A stretch of DNA of 64,000 nucleotides from an uncultured Candidatus Saccharibacteria bacterium (GCA_964473025.1 CAYYMZ010000002.1:3241-67240); one strand, 5' to 3'. Numbered from the stretch's first letter, positions 8,630-19,261 are shown. A program made the numbers and translations. The notes: generated by a model from the sequence alone, not told the origin.

Positions 8630-11341
8630 TCACTTTCCACAGCATTTTTTATATTTTTTGCCAGAGCCGCAGGGGCAGGGATCATTGCGACCTGCTTTTT
8701 TTACCTCTGATGATGTAGCTTGTGTCTCCACCACCCGGCTCATCTTGTCACTTACCGATCTAACTGTGGTCACAATGTCGTTGGTGGGTTTGGTGTTTTC
8801 CTCTTTTTGTTCAACTGGCAAATCTTGGGGTGCTGGCACAATGTCGGTTGTTTCGTCCTCCACAGTCGCTTCGATGTCTTTTGAACTATCAATAGGAGAT
8901 GCCCCCTTCTCAATCAGTTGAGCGTTTGGCCCGCCAGCCGCTTCGATTGCTTCGGCACCCACCTTCTGGTCTGCCCCATGATATTCCAGCACATTGGTCG
9001 GTTGGGGTGAGGGCGGCGGTGCCACCTGCGCTCCAACAGATTCAAAGTCAACTTTCAAAAGCAGATTTATGGCTTCATCATCAATGGCGTGCAATAGCCG
9101 TTGAAAAAGCGAGAACGACTCTTCCTTATAGGCAATCAGTGGATCTACCTGCGCATAGCCGCGAAGTCCAATTGAATCGCGCAGCTGATCCATAGTATTT
9201 AAGTGTTCCACCCAGAGCTGATCGATTATTGAAAGAAAGACCCGTTTTTCAATATTAAAAAGTGAAGGCAGGGGCACTTTGGAAGTTCTTTTTGTATATT
9301 CTTCCGATTCTTCTTTTGTCAATTTAGACATAACCTCTTCGTGAAAACTTGAGTCGGTGGATACATCAAGATCAAGAATTCTTCTGCGCCTGGAATATAA
9401 AACTTCGCGCTGCTTGTTCATGACATCGTCATACTCAACCAAATGTTTTCTAATATCAAAGTTATGTCCCTCCACGCGGCGCTGCGCTGATTCGATTGAG
9501 CGTGAAATTAATTTATGTTCGATTGGTTGATCTTCAGGCAAGCCAAGCCGTCCCATCATGTTTTTGAGACGCTCTCCCCCGAATATGCGCATTAAATCGT
9601 CTTCCATTGAAATATAAAACTGGCTTTCTCCCGGATCGCCCTGACGCCCTGACCGGCCACGAAGCTGATTGTCGATCCGCCTTGATTCATGTCTTTCGGT
9701 GCCTAAGACAAACAGTCCGCCTGAACCGATAACTTTTTCGCGGTTTACCTCAACCGCCGGATTACCTCCGAGCAAGATATCAACACCGCGACCTGCCATA
9801 TTGGTGGCAACCGTCACGGCCCCTGGCTGTCCGGCTTGGGCAATAATTTTTGCCTCACGTTCGTGCTGTTTTGCATTTAAAACTTCGTACTTGATACCGG
9901 ACCTTTTTAAAAGGCGTGAAACTATTTCTGATTTTGTAACCGAAACCGTTCCAACCAAAACCGGTTGCCCTTTACTATTTAATTCTTTAATTTTTTCAAC
10001 AATTGCCGCATATTTCCCGTCAGCCGTTTTATAGATTTGGTCTTGGTGATCGGAGCGGACCATCGGTTTATTGGTGGGAATTTCAACAACGTCTAATTTA
10101 TAAATCTTGCTAAACTCCTCCGCTTCTGTGGCGGCAGTGCCGGTCATACCTGAAAGTTTTTTATATAAGCGAAAAAGATTTTGAAACGAAATAGTCGCTA
10201 AGGTTTCCGATTCTCTTTTTATTTCCACACCCTCTTTGGCCTCAATCGCCTGATGCAAACCTTCGGAAAACCGGCGGCCGGGCATCATTCTTCCCGTAAA
10301 TTCATCAACAATAATTATCTCGCCGTCTTTTATGATGTAGTCACGGTCCTTTTTAAATAAAACTTCGGCCTTAAGTGCTTCTTCGAGATGGTGAACCAAG
10401 GTGATTGAGGCAGTTTCGTAAATATTTTTTAAGTTCAAAATTTTCTCAACTTCGGACATTCCCTCGTCCGTTAAAGAAACGGCGCGGGCTTTCTCATCTA
10501 CTTCAAAATGAACTTTTTCTTTCAATTCCGGAACGATCCTCGCAAATCTGGCATAAAGTTCGCCCGATTCTTCAGCAGGTGCTGAAATAATAAGCGGAGT
10601 TCTAGCCTCGTCAATTAAGATCGAGTCAACTTCGTCGACAATCGCATAGTGCAAACCCCTTTGGACCAGCTGTGTCTTATCTTGCGCCATGTTATCGCGC
10701 AAATAATCAAATCCGAATTCATTATTTGTGCCATAGGTAATATCTGCCGCATAAGCTTCTGCGCGGCTACACGGCTTTAGATTTTCTTCCTGTACCTCGG
10801 CAGCTAATTGTCCGTCGCTTTCTTCTTTTTTGCCATGCCCTCGCTCAAAAATGTAGCTTACCCCCTGGTTTTGAATGACTCCCACGGTCAAACCGAGACG
10901 GTCATAGATTCTTCCCATCCATTCGCCCTGAAACTTCGCCAAATAGTCGTTTACCGTAATAAGGTGAGCGCCCTTTTTCTCCAGAGCGTTTAAATAAAGA
11001 GGTAGGGTTGCCACTAAGGTCTTACCTTCACCTGTTTTCATTTCAGCAATTTGTCCACGGTGTAAAACCATGCCCCCGACCAGTTGAACATCGAAATGTC
11101 TTTGCCCGATTTCACGTTTGGCTGCTTCGCGTACTGTCGCAAACGCTTGTGTTAAAATGTCGTTAACGCTCTGCCCTTCTTGAAGCGTTTTAATAAACTC
11201 TTGCGTTTTAGTTTTAAGATCTGCGTCCGGCAAACCCTCAAACTTTTTCTCCAGTTCGTTAATTACTAAAACGTCCGGGCGCAAACGAGAAACCTCTCTC
11301 TCGTTTGAAACGCCGAAAATATTTCTAAAGGGATTTTTCAT
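8630..11341 (-). CDS. secA: Preprotein translocase ATPase SecA
   Basis: MKTGEGKT, DEVDSILIDEARTPLIIS, ATNMAGRG, C-terminal GRNDPCPCGSGKKYKKCC. Confidence 0.99.
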   Translation of the reverse strand: MKNPFRNIFGVSNEREVSRLRPDVLVINELEKKFEGLPDADLKTKTQEFIKTLQEGQSVNDILTQAFATVREAAKREIGQRHFDVQLVGGMVLHRGQIAEMKTGEGKTLVATLPLYLNALEKKGAHLITVNDYLAKFQGEWMGRIYDRLGLTVGVIQNQGVSYIFERGHGKKEESDGQLAAEVQEENLKPCSRAEAYAADITYGTNNEFGFDYLRDNMAQDKTQLVQRGLHYAIVDEVDSILIDEARTPLIISAPAEESGELYARFARIVPELKEKVHFEVDEKARAVSLTDEGMSEVEKILNLKNIYETASITLVHHLEEALKAEVLFKKDRDYIIKDGEIIIVDEFTGRMMPGRRFSEGLHQAIEAKEGVEIKRESETLATISFQNLFRLYKKLSGMTGTAATEAEEFSKIYKLDVVEIPTNKPMVRSDHQDQIYKTADGKYAAIVEKIKELNSKGQPVLVGTVSVTKSEIVSRLLKRSGIKYEVLNAKQHEREAKIIAQAGQPGAVTVATNMAGRGVDILLGGNPAVEVNREKVIGSGGLFVLGTERHESRRIDNQLRGRSGRQGDPGESQFYISMEDDLMRIFGGERLKNMMGRLGLPEDQPIEHKLISRSIESAQRRVEGHNFDIRKHLVEYDDVMNKQREVLYSRRRRILDLDVSTDSSFHEEVMSKLTKEESEEYTKRTSKVPLPSLFNIEKRVFLSIIDQLWVEHLNTMDQLRDSIGLRGYAQVDPLIAYKEESFSLFQRLLHAIDDEAINLLLKVDFESVGAQVAPPPSPQPTNVLEYHGADQKVGAEAIEAAGGPNAQLIEKGASPIDSSKDIEATVEDETTDIVPAPQDLPVEQKEENTKPTNDIVTTVRSVSDKMSRVVETQATSSEVKKAGRNDPCPCGSGKKYKKCCGK

Positions 11342-11690
11342 TTTTCCTGTTTGAGAATTTGAAAGACGGTAATTTGATTTTAAACTTGAAACCTTTTTTC
11401 TCCTTAAGGCGCAGGACTATCCTCTCGATTTTATCTCTCGCAGAATCTGAGGCTTCAGTAAAACTGTTTCCAAATGTTTTGGCATAATACGGGCGCTTTG
11501 TTTTGGGACTATCCAGATGGATGAAAATTTCATAGGCCTGGTTGCTTCTCTTGGTGATATGTTCTCTAACCCCAACGGTCAAGACGGCGCTGTTTGGCAG
11601 GCGTTCCTCAAGCCAAAGAAATTTTTTGCGAATATATCTTTTTTGCTCTTCCTGTAGAGTGCCTGAAAGTGATTTAATTTGTAGGATCAT
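11325..11690 (-). CDS. HPF/RaiA-like ribosome-associated protein (divergent)
   Basis: YIRKK...L, EA.D...DKIER pattern; usual position upstream of secA. Confidence 0.7.
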   Translation of the reverse strand: MILQIKSLSGTLQEEQKRYIRKKFLWLEERLPNSAVLTVGVREHITKRSNQAYEIFIHLDSPKTKRPYYAKTFGNSFTEASDSARDKIERIVLRLKEKKGFKFKIKLPSFKFSNRKNEKSL

Positions 11691-11693
11691 AAA

Positions 11694-13001
11694 TTATTTC
11701 TTCTTTGGTTTAATTGTGCTAAAACCGCAGAATGGAACTAGAACTTCAGGAATCGTAATTGATCCGTCCTCGTTTTGATTGTTTTCTATGATTGCAATTA
11801 AGATACGCGGACTGGCAATGACCGTGTTGTTGAGAGCATAAACATATTTTTTTTCACCATCTTTGGTTTTATATTTAATATTCAGCCTTCGAGGTTGCCA
11901 ATCGGTTAAATCAGAATCGGAATGTGTTTCGCCATATGCCCCGCGTGCCGCCATCCATGATTCGATGTCATACATTTTTCTTTTTCCCGCGCCCATATCA
12001 CCGGTACAAATTTGCATAACGCGGTGCGGAATCTTTAAGTCCTTTAAAATTTCCTGAGAGAAGCCCCTCATTTTTTCAAGCCATTGGTCTGACTCTTTTT
12101 CATCCGCTTTGCACAAGATGACTTGCTCTACTTTCATAAATTCGTGAATACGATATAAACCCTTGGTATCCTTCCCGTAAGAGCCAACTTCGTTGCGATA
12201 GCATTGTGAGAAGCCGCACACTTTAACCGGCAACTCATCTTCATCTAGTGTTTTGTCTGCATAATAAGCAAGCAACGATGGCTCTGATGTACCCGCCAAA
12301 TAAAGTTTATCCGAAACCTCCTGTCCGCTTTCATTTTTACCGGTATTTGCAAGCTCGTAAATATCATCTCGGCCAAAGGGAAAATGTCCACTGCCAGTCA
12401 AGGTAAATTCGCGCAATATAGTCGGCGTAATCATCGGGGCAAAACCCAAATCGGTCATTTTTTTAAGGGCGTAAAAGAGAATGGAAAGCTGCAAGATAGC
12501 CGCTTCGTTTTTGAGATAATATCCCCTAAAGCCAGATGTCTTGGTGCCTCTTTCTAAATCAAGTAAATCGAGATTGGTACCTAATGCGACATGATCCTTG
12601 ATTTCAAAATCAAATTTTGGTATTTCCCCCCACTTCTCAACCTCTACATTATCAGCTTCAGACGAACCAACCGGACTGTCAAAGGATGGAATATTTGGTA
12701 CCAAAAGATTCAAGGCAAACCACTTTTCCTCGATTTCGCGCAACTTTTTTTGCGCCGCATCCAGGTCGCTTGACAAAACTTTCATTCCAACGAGGGCTTT
12801 TTCCTTATCTTCTGCGTTTAACGATGTAATTTCTTTATTAAAATTGTTTTGTTGCTCACGAAGAGAGTCAACCTCGGCGATTGAGCCGCGACGCTCGTCA
12901 TCGGTTTTTATGAGTTCGTCCAAATCAAGCCCTAACCCTTTTTGATTTATAGCGGTTTTAATCTTGTCTTGATTCTCTCTGATAAAATTTATATCCAGCA
13001 T
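11694..13001 (-). CDS. serS: Serine--tRNA ligase
   Basis: MLDINFIREN, GTSE, CYR.E.G..GKDTKGLYRIHEF.KVEQ. Confidence 0.98.
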   Translation of the reverse strand: MLDINFIRENQDKIKTAINQKGLGLDLDELIKTDDERRGSIAEVDSLREQQNNFNKEITSLNAEDKEKALVGMKVLSSDLDAAQKKLREIEEKWFALNLLVPNIPSFDSPVGSSEADNVEVEKWGEIPKFDFEIKDHVALGTNLDLLDLERGTKTSGFRGYYLKNEAAILQLSILFYALKKMTDLGFAPMITPTILREFTLTGSGHFPFGRDDIYELANTGKNESGQEVSDKLYLAGTSEPSLLAYYADKTLDEDELPVKVCGFSQCYRNEVGSYGKDTKGLYRIHEFMKVEQVILCKADEKESDQWLEKMRGFSQEILKDLKIPHRVMQICTGDMGAGKRKMYDIESWMAARGAYGETHSDSDLTDWQPRRLNIKYKTKDGEKKYVYALNNTVIASPRILIAIIENNQNEDGSITIPEVLVPFCGFSTIKPKKK

Positions 13002-13070
13002 AATGTTTCCCCTTATATTTTAAGCCAATTATAACCCGAGAGAAGGAAAAAGTAAACGATAAAAAACTTA

Positions 13071-13107
13071 AAATCAGAAAAGCGCCTCTACGGCGCCTTT
13101 CTGATTT
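13071..13107 (-). terminator. Probable intrinsic terminator after greA
   Basis: aaatcagaaaagcgcc-tctac-ggcgcctttctgattt hairpin. Confidence 0.65.
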
Positions 13108-13112
13108 ATTGC

Positions 13113-13577
13113 TTAGTTTATCTTCTCGATTTTTATTTTAAGTTCTCCACCAGGAGTTTTGGCAACCACAGTTTCGCCTGTCTTAGCACCTAAAAGAGCA
13201 ATGCCAATAGGGGATTCGGAAGAAATTTTTCCGCTTGATGGATCTGATTCGGCCGAACCAACGATTTCGTAATTTGCCCTTTCACCTTCAATTGAAACTG
13301 TTACTTCGGAACCCAAACTCACTTCGTTACCGCGATGCCCGTTTGTAACCGTTTCGGCATATTTTAAGATATATTCGATTTCCTGAATTCTACCTTCTAT
13401 AAAGGACTGCTCGTTTCGAGCATCTTCATATTCAGCGTTTTCGCTTAGGTCGCCATAATCTTTTGACCGTCGAATTCGCTCTATTACTTGGGGACGTCTG
13501 TTCTTCTTCATGTCCTCAAGTTCCGCAACCAATTTTTCTCTTCCCGGCTTAGTTAGAGTGATTTTTTTGTCTGCCAT
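13113..13577 (-). CDS. greA: Transcription elongation factor GreA
   Basis: GDLSENAEY..A, IS.ESPIG.ALLG. Confidence 0.98.
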   Translation of the reverse strand: MADKKITLTKPGREKLVAELEDMKKNRRPQVIERIRRSKDYGDLSENAEYEDARNEQSFIEGRIQEIEYILKYAETVTNGHRGNEVSLGSEVTVSIEGERANYEIVGSAESDPSSGKISSESPIGIALLGAKTGETVVAKTPGGELKIKIEKIN

Positions 13578-13609
13578 ATTTAAACAAATTTAAATTTTAT
13601 ACAACGAGT

Positions 13610-13639
13610 AGTATAGCAAACTTTAAATAATAAAATCAA
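13610..13639 (-). promoter_or_regulatory. Sigma70-type promoter of greA
   Basis: TTGATT-18 nt-TATACT with TGn extension. Confidence 0.6.
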
Positions 13640-13650
13640 GAGTTAGGCAT

Positions 13651-13698
13651 TGCAAGGGTAAGGGGGCCTAGTTTCGAAGCAGCCCCCTTACCCTTGCA
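13651..13698. repeat. Perfect 17-bp inverted repeat (terminator or palindromic element)
   Basis: tgcaagggtaagggggc ... gcccccttacccttgca. Confidence 0.8.
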
Positions 13699-13771
13699 CG
13701 AACCCAACCCCCTCACGATTTTCTAGGAGCGTAAAAAGGGTTAAATTCGAAAAATCGCTGCTAGATTATGA

Positions 13772-13920
13772 GTGAGGATGTTTTGCTTTGAGGCCGTCCG
13801 CAAGCGAGCAAGCCTGGTCCCAGCGCCCTTGGTTAAAGGTGTTGGGTTGCGAGCCGAGGTTTGAGCACGTTTTGTCGCTGGACAAAACGATGCGTGCCGA
13901 AAAGCAAAGATATCCGAGCG
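13772..13920 (+). ncRNA. Repeated structured intergenic element, copy A (unknown family)
   Basis: Shares tgttttgctttgaggccgtccg, cgaggt, a cgctgg loop and gcgtgccga with 51488-51628; stems covary. Confidence 0.6.
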
Positions 13921-13923
13921 AAC

Positions 13924-15837
13924 TTACTTATTCCGATTCTCGGCCCACCAGGAATAAATATCGCGTGCTATAGGGGCGGCATATTCAAAGCCATCGCCTG
14001 CTCCCTCGACGATTACCGTTACGGCAATCTGGGGATTGTCATAAGGGGCAAAAGAGGTAAACCACGCGTGGGTTTTTCCTTCGTTGCCAAATTGCGCCGT
14101 GCCCGTTTTGGCAGCAACGTCAATTGGAAACGACTTTCCAAAAACAGAATAGGCGGAGCCCGACTCTACCGTCTGACGCATTCCTTCACGGACTACCTGC
14201 ATCGTCTCGGACGAATAGATATTATTTTTTATTAAACTGTCAGATTCGGTGAATTCTTTGATTTTATTACCATCCTGATCGAGAATCTGTGTAACCAGAT
14301 GGGGCTTAAAAAGCTTCCCACCGTTTGCAATCGATGAAGTAGCATTGCAAATTTGAAGGGGCGTGACCAGCAAATCTCCCTGCCCGATTGACATATTATA
14401 GGTGTTACCAATGTACCAATTTTCTCCGGTCTTTGACTTTTTCCATTCTTCGGTTGGAATAAAACCTGATTCTTCGGCGCTTAAATCGATTCCCGTCTCA
14501 TTGCCAAAACCGAACTTTTCCAGACCATTTTTAATCCTTTCCGGACCAAGGCCCGTTTGAATCGGCCCCCAACCTCCGCCGATTGCAAAGAAGAAAATAT
14601 TGTTGGATTCGGCAATCGCCCTCCTGACGCCTGTTACCCCATCGTGTTTTTTCCAGTCCGGAAAAGTCCATTGTCCAACCTTAATTGACGCCGGCGTTTC
14701 AAACGCAACCGAAGGGGAAACTACACCGTCTTCAAGTGCGGCCGAGGCAATAAAAGGTTTTATAGTAGATCCAGGTGGATAAGTGCCGGAAGTGGCCCGA
14801 TTAAACATTGGTAGGGATTTATCTTCAGTAATCTGCTTGTACTCATCCTGGCCTAAGCCCGCCGAAAATTTTGTGTTGTCGAAATCAGGCAAACTAACCA
14901 TCGCACGGATCATTCCGTCTCTTGGATCTTCTATAATCACCGTTCCTTGTGTTTTTAAATCGTTTAACTGTGCCTGAAGTATTTCGGTTACCTTAAGCTG
15001 TAAATCTTTATCAATTGAGGTCTTGACCGTATTACCAAGAGCTGGATCTGTTTGCGAGAGCAGCCGCACCAAATGACCATTTGCATCAACTTCCGCCCTT
15101 CTCTGCCCAGGTATTCCTTGCAAATAGTCATCGTACGTTTTTTCCAATCCACTTTTACCATTATATCCCGAAGCTAATAACGACGGTCTGGTACTTGCTT
15201 CTTCTTTTGAAACTTTGCCGACAAAGCCCAAAATATGGCTAAAAGACAGATCCAAATATTGACGACGATAGCTTGGGATAATTTCAAAACCACCATAGGA
15301 AACCAATCTTGACTTCAGGAGAAGCGCCTCGTCTCTATTGATATCGTCCTTGAGAACGGAGTAATCCGTTGCGTCAGTATTCGACTTAATTTTATCCCTC
15401 ACTTCGTCTTTAGACATTTGGACAATTTTAAATATTTTAGGATTTACCTGATCCAAACTTTTGAGTTTGTCCGTCTGGACGACGAGCTGATAGACCGTTG
15501 AATTGACGACCAGTGGGTTACCGTCCACGTCGGTGATTATCCCTCTTGGAGCGGCTATCGGGGTCGAGCGCAAACGGTTTCCTTCGGCGAGACGCAGGTT
15601 TACAAAACCCTCCTGAACCTGCAGTGTAAACAGCCTAATCGCCAAAAATAGGCAAAGCAAGACCGAGATAATAATTGGATAGTTTACTCCAACGGGTTTT
15701 TCCTTCGAAAAGATTTCGTCGCCGTGCGCTTCACGATCAAAATATGAGTGTTCACCCAACTTGTCAGATATTTTGCCTCGTACATCGTGGGATAAAAAAA
15801 CACCCTCACGCTTAGAATCCTTTTGATCTCTCTTCAT
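13924..15837 (-). CDS. mrdA: Penicillin-binding protein 2
   Basis: APRG.I.D, YPPGSTIK (SxxK), SNN, KTGTAQ. Confidence 0.97.
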   Translation of the reverse strand: MKRDQKDSKREGVFLSHDVRGKISDKLGEHSYFDREAHGDEIFSKEKPVGVNYPIIISVLLCLFLAIRLFTLQVQEGFVNLRLAEGNRLRSTPIAAPRGIITDVDGNPLVVNSTVYQLVVQTDKLKSLDQVNPKIFKIVQMSKDEVRDKIKSNTDATDYSVLKDDINRDEALLLKSRLVSYGGFEIIPSYRRQYLDLSFSHILGFVGKVSKEEASTRPSLLASGYNGKSGLEKTYDDYLQGIPGQRRAEVDANGHLVRLLSQTDPALGNTVKTSIDKDLQLKVTEILQAQLNDLKTQGTVIIEDPRDGMIRAMVSLPDFDNTKFSAGLGQDEYKQITEDKSLPMFNRATSGTYPPGSTIKPFIASAALEDGVVSPSVAFETPASIKVGQWTFPDWKKHDGVTGVRRAIAESNNIFFFAIGGGWGPIQTGLGPERIKNGLEKFGFGNETGIDLSAEESGFIPTEEWKKSKTGENWYIGNTYNMSIGQGDLLVTPLQICNATSSIANGGKLFKPHLVTQILDQDGNKIKEFTESDSLIKNNIYSSETMQVVREGMRQTVESGSAYSVFGKSFPIDVAAKTGTAQFGNEGKTHAWFTSFAPYDNPQIAVTVIVEGAGDGFEYAAPIARDIYSWWAENRNK

Positions 15838-16306
15838 ATTGAGTAATCTTCCATTTATTTTTAATCAAAATCCAGAGCCCAAAAACAATCAAACAGAGCA
15901 GTGCGTTTGATAAAAAATTATACAAACCGCTTAAGCTGAAAAAACTTTCACCAAAGACTGAAAACTGGATTGCAACTCTCAGAAGGCAGATTACGATCAA
16001 CCCGAGAAGGGCAGACAGGCCGTGGCTAAAATCAATAAATTTCCTCTGGATTAAAGTGACCGTGACAACGGTTAGTGCTAAAAAAAGCGTCCAGAATGGA
16101 AATCTTTCAAGAGTTGATATATCGAGAATGAAACCGGAAGCCAGGGCCAAGACCAAGCTTTCCTCAAAGCGAAAATTTAAGGTGATAATAAAAATTAAAG
16201 CCAATACAAGCGATAGATTCATATCTTGAAAGAATCTACTAAAAACACCGATTTCAAATAGAATGGCGAAAATTAAAACTAAAATAACGAAATAAATTTT
16301 ACTCAT
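15812..16306 (-). CDS. mreD: Rod shape-determining protein MreD
   Basis: Multi-TM protein with GFILD, between mreC and mrdA. Confidence 0.8.
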   Translation of the reverse strand: MSKIYFVILVLIFAILFEIGVFSRFFQDMNLSLVLALIFIITLNFRFEESLVLALASGFILDISTLERFPFWTLFLALTVVTVTLIQRKFIDFSHGLSALLGLIVICLLRVAIQFSVFGESFFSLSGLYNFLSNALLCLIVFGLWILIKNKWKITQYEERSKGF

Positions 16307-17076
16307 CTTATAATACTGACTACCTCAAGGGTTGAGATCTCGATCGGAGAATTAATCTTGACTGATTGGAATAAATTATTTTTTTCTTTTAGAACTTCTT
16401 GGGTCTCACCGATCAGGATGCCGGGTGGCAAATCACCTCCAAGAGCACTAGTCAAAACCCTGTCTTTTGTTTTAACTTGGGTAGTAGCGGGAATCTCAGT
16501 TAAAGACAAACCCCGTAAACCACCCTGGACTAAGCCGGTTTCTCTGCTTTTTTCCAAAACCGCCGGAATCAAACTGCTGTGGGAAAAAATCAAATGAATC
16601 TCGCTTTGGGCCTGGTCCACTTTCTTAACTTGCCCAATTAAATAACCAGAAGAGAGAACCGCCGCACCTTCTTTGATGCCGTCTTTCAAACCAAGGTTAA
16701 CTACAATATCTTGATTAAAAGAACCGGGTGTACGCCCGACAATCTTGCCTTGAATTAAATTAAAATTATTCAAACGGGAAAGATTGACTTCTGAATTTAT
16801 GGCAGAGCAAAGGTGTACATTCTCTGTTAAACGGGCGGCTTCTGCATTAAGAGATTTATTATCGTTTTCCAAGCGTCTATTTTCCCGGTCAAGGTTTGCC
16901 ATTTTGTATAAAAAGCGAAAAGGAGAAGCTACTATATTAAACCCGTCGGAAACCTTTTCGGACGCGGGTAATATTACCCTCTTTGCCACAAACCAAAAAG
17001 GCAGAGGCCATATTTCGTACATGATGACCAGCAGGATAACTGCTAAAAATGCTCTGAAAGTGATTTTTTTACCCAT
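16303..17076 (-). CDS. mreC: Rod shape-determining protein MreC
   Basis: TM + coiled coil, NLG..DGI..G, LIG.V, TS..GG..PPGI.IG. Confidence 0.93.
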   Translation of the reverse strand: MGKKITFRAFLAVILLVIMYEIWPLPFWFVAKRVILPASEKVSDGFNIVASPFRFLYKMANLDRENRRLENDNKSLNAEAARLTENVHLCSAINSEVNLSRLNNFNLIQGKIVGRTPGSFNQDIVVNLGLKDGIKEGAAVLSSGYLIGQVKKVDQAQSEIHLIFSHSSLIPAVLEKSRETGLVQGGLRGLSLTEIPATTQVKTKDRVLTSALGGDLPPGILIGETQEVLKEKNNLFQSVKINSPIEISTLEVVSIIR

Positions 17077-17081
17077 ATAAT

Positions 17082-18125
17082 TTATGAGCCAAGAGTGCTT
17101 GGAACTAATACCTCCTTCAAATTATCAAGATCTTCGATGACAACGCCGGTACCCCTCACAACACAGGTCAATGGATCGTCAGCAATATGAACTTTTGTTT
17201 GCGTCTCTTGCGCAATGATCTTATTTAAACCGGCCAAAAGGGCTCCGCCTCCAGCTAAACATATTCCTCTATCTATAATGTCTGCGACCAGCTCCGGCGG
17301 GGCTTCCTCGATTGTGTCTTTAACGGAATTGACAATAGCCCTAACCGACTTAGAAATTGCATTTCTAACCGCCTCGTCGTCAATAATAATTTCCCGAGGT
17401 AAACCGGTAACCAAATCACGTCCGCGCATCGGGTAGGTCTTCTTCTCGCCAACAGCAACAGCGGAACCAATAGCAATTTTTATTTCTTCGGCTGTTTTCA
17501 GGCCCAGCGAAAGATTAAATTGATCCCGCGCAAAATTAACAATGTCTTCATTCATTTCGTCGCCGGCAATTCTAAGAGAGCGCGATGCAACAACACCGCC
17601 CAGCGAGATTACCGCTACTTCAGTTGTGCCACCACCTATATCAACAATTAAGTTGCCCGATGCATCTTGAATCGGAATTCTGGCGCCAATTGCTGCCGCT
17701 AATGGTTCTTCGATAAGATACACTTCCCGCGCACCGGCGGAAATTGCCGCTTCCTCAACTGCCCTTCTTTCAACCTCCGTTACGCCATAAGGAACCCCGA
17801 TTACAACTCTTGGCCTCGGCGATAAGGTAAGGCGCTGTTTCTGGGTCTTTTGAATAAAATATCTCAGCATTTGTTCTGTGACTTCGAAATCGGAGATTAC
17901 CCCATCCGATAATGGTCTGATTGCAACAATGTAAGAGGGTGTGCGCCCAACCATCATCTTTGCTTCTTCGCCAATCGAGAGCACTTCCTTGGTTTTTTGG
18001 TTTATGGCAACGACTGATGGCTCGTTTAAGACCACTCCCTTGCCTTTAACGTAAACCAAAGTATTGGCCGTGCCGAGATCGATGCCAATATCCTGAGAAA
18101 AAACGCCTAAAATTCTTTCAAACAT
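17082..18125 (-). CDS. mreB: Rod shape-determining actin MreB
   Basis: IGIDLGTANTLV, DIGGGTTEVAVISLGG. Confidence 0.98.
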   Translation of the reverse strand: MFERILGVFSQDIGIDLGTANTLVYVKGKGVVLNEPSVVAINQKTKEVLSIGEEAKMMVGRTPSYIVAIRPLSDGVISDFEVTEQMLRYFIQKTQKQRLTLSPRPRVVIGVPYGVTEVERRAVEEAAISAGAREVYLIEEPLAAAIGARIPIQDASGNLIVDIGGGTTEVAVISLGGVVASRSLRIAGDEMNEDIVNFARDQFNLSLGLKTAEEIKIAIGSAVAVGEKKTYPMRGRDLVTGLPREIIIDDEAVRNAISKSVRAIVNSVKDTIEEAPPELVADIIDRGICLAGGGALLAGLNKIIAQETQTKVHIADDPLTCVVRGTGVVIEDLDNLKEVLVPSTLGS

Positions 18126-18152
18126 AATTTAAAGTAAGTTACAGCAGATTGT

Positions 18153-18181
18153 ATTCTAACGAGAGCCCAATAAGAAGTCAA
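18153..18181 (-). promoter_or_regulatory. Sigma70-type promoter of the mreBCD-mrdA operon
   Basis: TTGACT-17 nt-TAGAAT. Confidence 0.65.
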
Positions 18182-18193
18182 ATCGGGGAGGTC

Positions 18194-19261
18194 TTACATG
18201 CCCGAAACGCCAAATTCAGAAATTGCCCGCATTTGCTCATCATATGTTTTTGAGAAGTGAATTGCCTGATTACGATCGTGAAAGAAATATAAATTATCAA
18301 AATTTGGTTCAGGCGATACGGCCGCTTGAATACTTTTTAATCCGGGGTTACAAATTGGCGCTGGAGGATAACCCTTGTTTTTATAACTGTTAAAGGGGGA
18401 GTCCAAATCGAGATAATCCTGCCTTGTAATTGCAGCCCAAAAAGTAAAATCAACACTTTTTTTCTTGAGATATGTCTGGGTATCCTTCGCGTACTGAACG
18501 GTCGGATCCGCCTGAAGCAACATATTATTATCGGCCCTGTTTTTAAAAACAGCAGCAATTTTTGCCCGTTCAGAGTCGTCTTTCGCCTCTCTTTCGACAA
18601 TGGACGCTAGAATCAACTGATCTAGGTCAAGATTAAGTTTTTCCGTTCTACTCTCAAGGTTGTCCTTAAATACTTTGATGATTTTAGATGGTTCAAGGTC
18701 GTAAGGAAAAACGTACGTGTCCGGAAAGAGCGTTCCTTCTGTTCCGGAAGCGGCTGCAACAAATTTCGTCGCATCCACCTGACCCTTTTCCTCTAAGAGC
18801 TTGGCGATTTGCAAGACCCTGTATCCCTCCGGAATTGTCACGGAGAAGGCATCAACCTTTCCTTTTCTCATTTTCTCAACAATTTCCCTTGTTCCCATCG
18901 ATGGCGAAAGTTTGTAGCTGCCCGCCTGCAGGGCACCGCGTTCCTCGATCTTAGAAGTGAGAAAAAAAGAAAGAGCAGACCTGATAAAACGCTCCTTTTC
19001 AAGCTGCTTGCCGATCGAATACGTTGACTGTCCACTCTTAGCCTCAAAATAGCGGTAATCTTCTATATTTGAGGAAACAGGGCGTTTCATAAAATTTGCC
19101 CAAGCGGTGAAAAAAAGAAAAGTGATGACAATCGCGATGCCGATACCGACAAAAACTTTATTTTGGAAAAGCGCAAAACCGGGCTTATTTTTTTGGTCGC
19201 TAATTTTAAGGTCCTTGCCTTTTTCCCGATTTTTTTCTTTATAGAAATTAACTATTTTCAT
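18194..19261 (-). CDS. mltG: Endolytic transglycosylase MltG
   Basis: TIPEG, EG.LFPDTY, LASIVERE, LQADPT, PP.PICNPG. Confidence 0.96.
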   Translation of the reverse strand: MKIVNFYKEKNREKGKDLKISDQKNKPGFALFQNKVFVGIGIAIVITFLFFTAWANFMKRPVSSNIEDYRYFEAKSGQSTYSIGKQLEKERFIRSALSFFLTSKIEERGALQAGSYKLSPSMGTREIVEKMRKGKVDAFSVTIPEGYRVLQIAKLLEEKGQVDATKFVAAASGTEGTLFPDTYVFPYDLEPSKIIKVFKDNLESRTEKLNLDLDQLILASIVEREAKDDSERAKIAAVFKNRADNNMLLQADPTVQYAKDTQTYLKKKSVDFTFWAAITRQDYLDLDSPFNSYKNKGYPPAPICNPGLKSIQAAVSPEPNFDNLYFFHDRNQAIHFSKTYDEQMRAISEFGVSGM

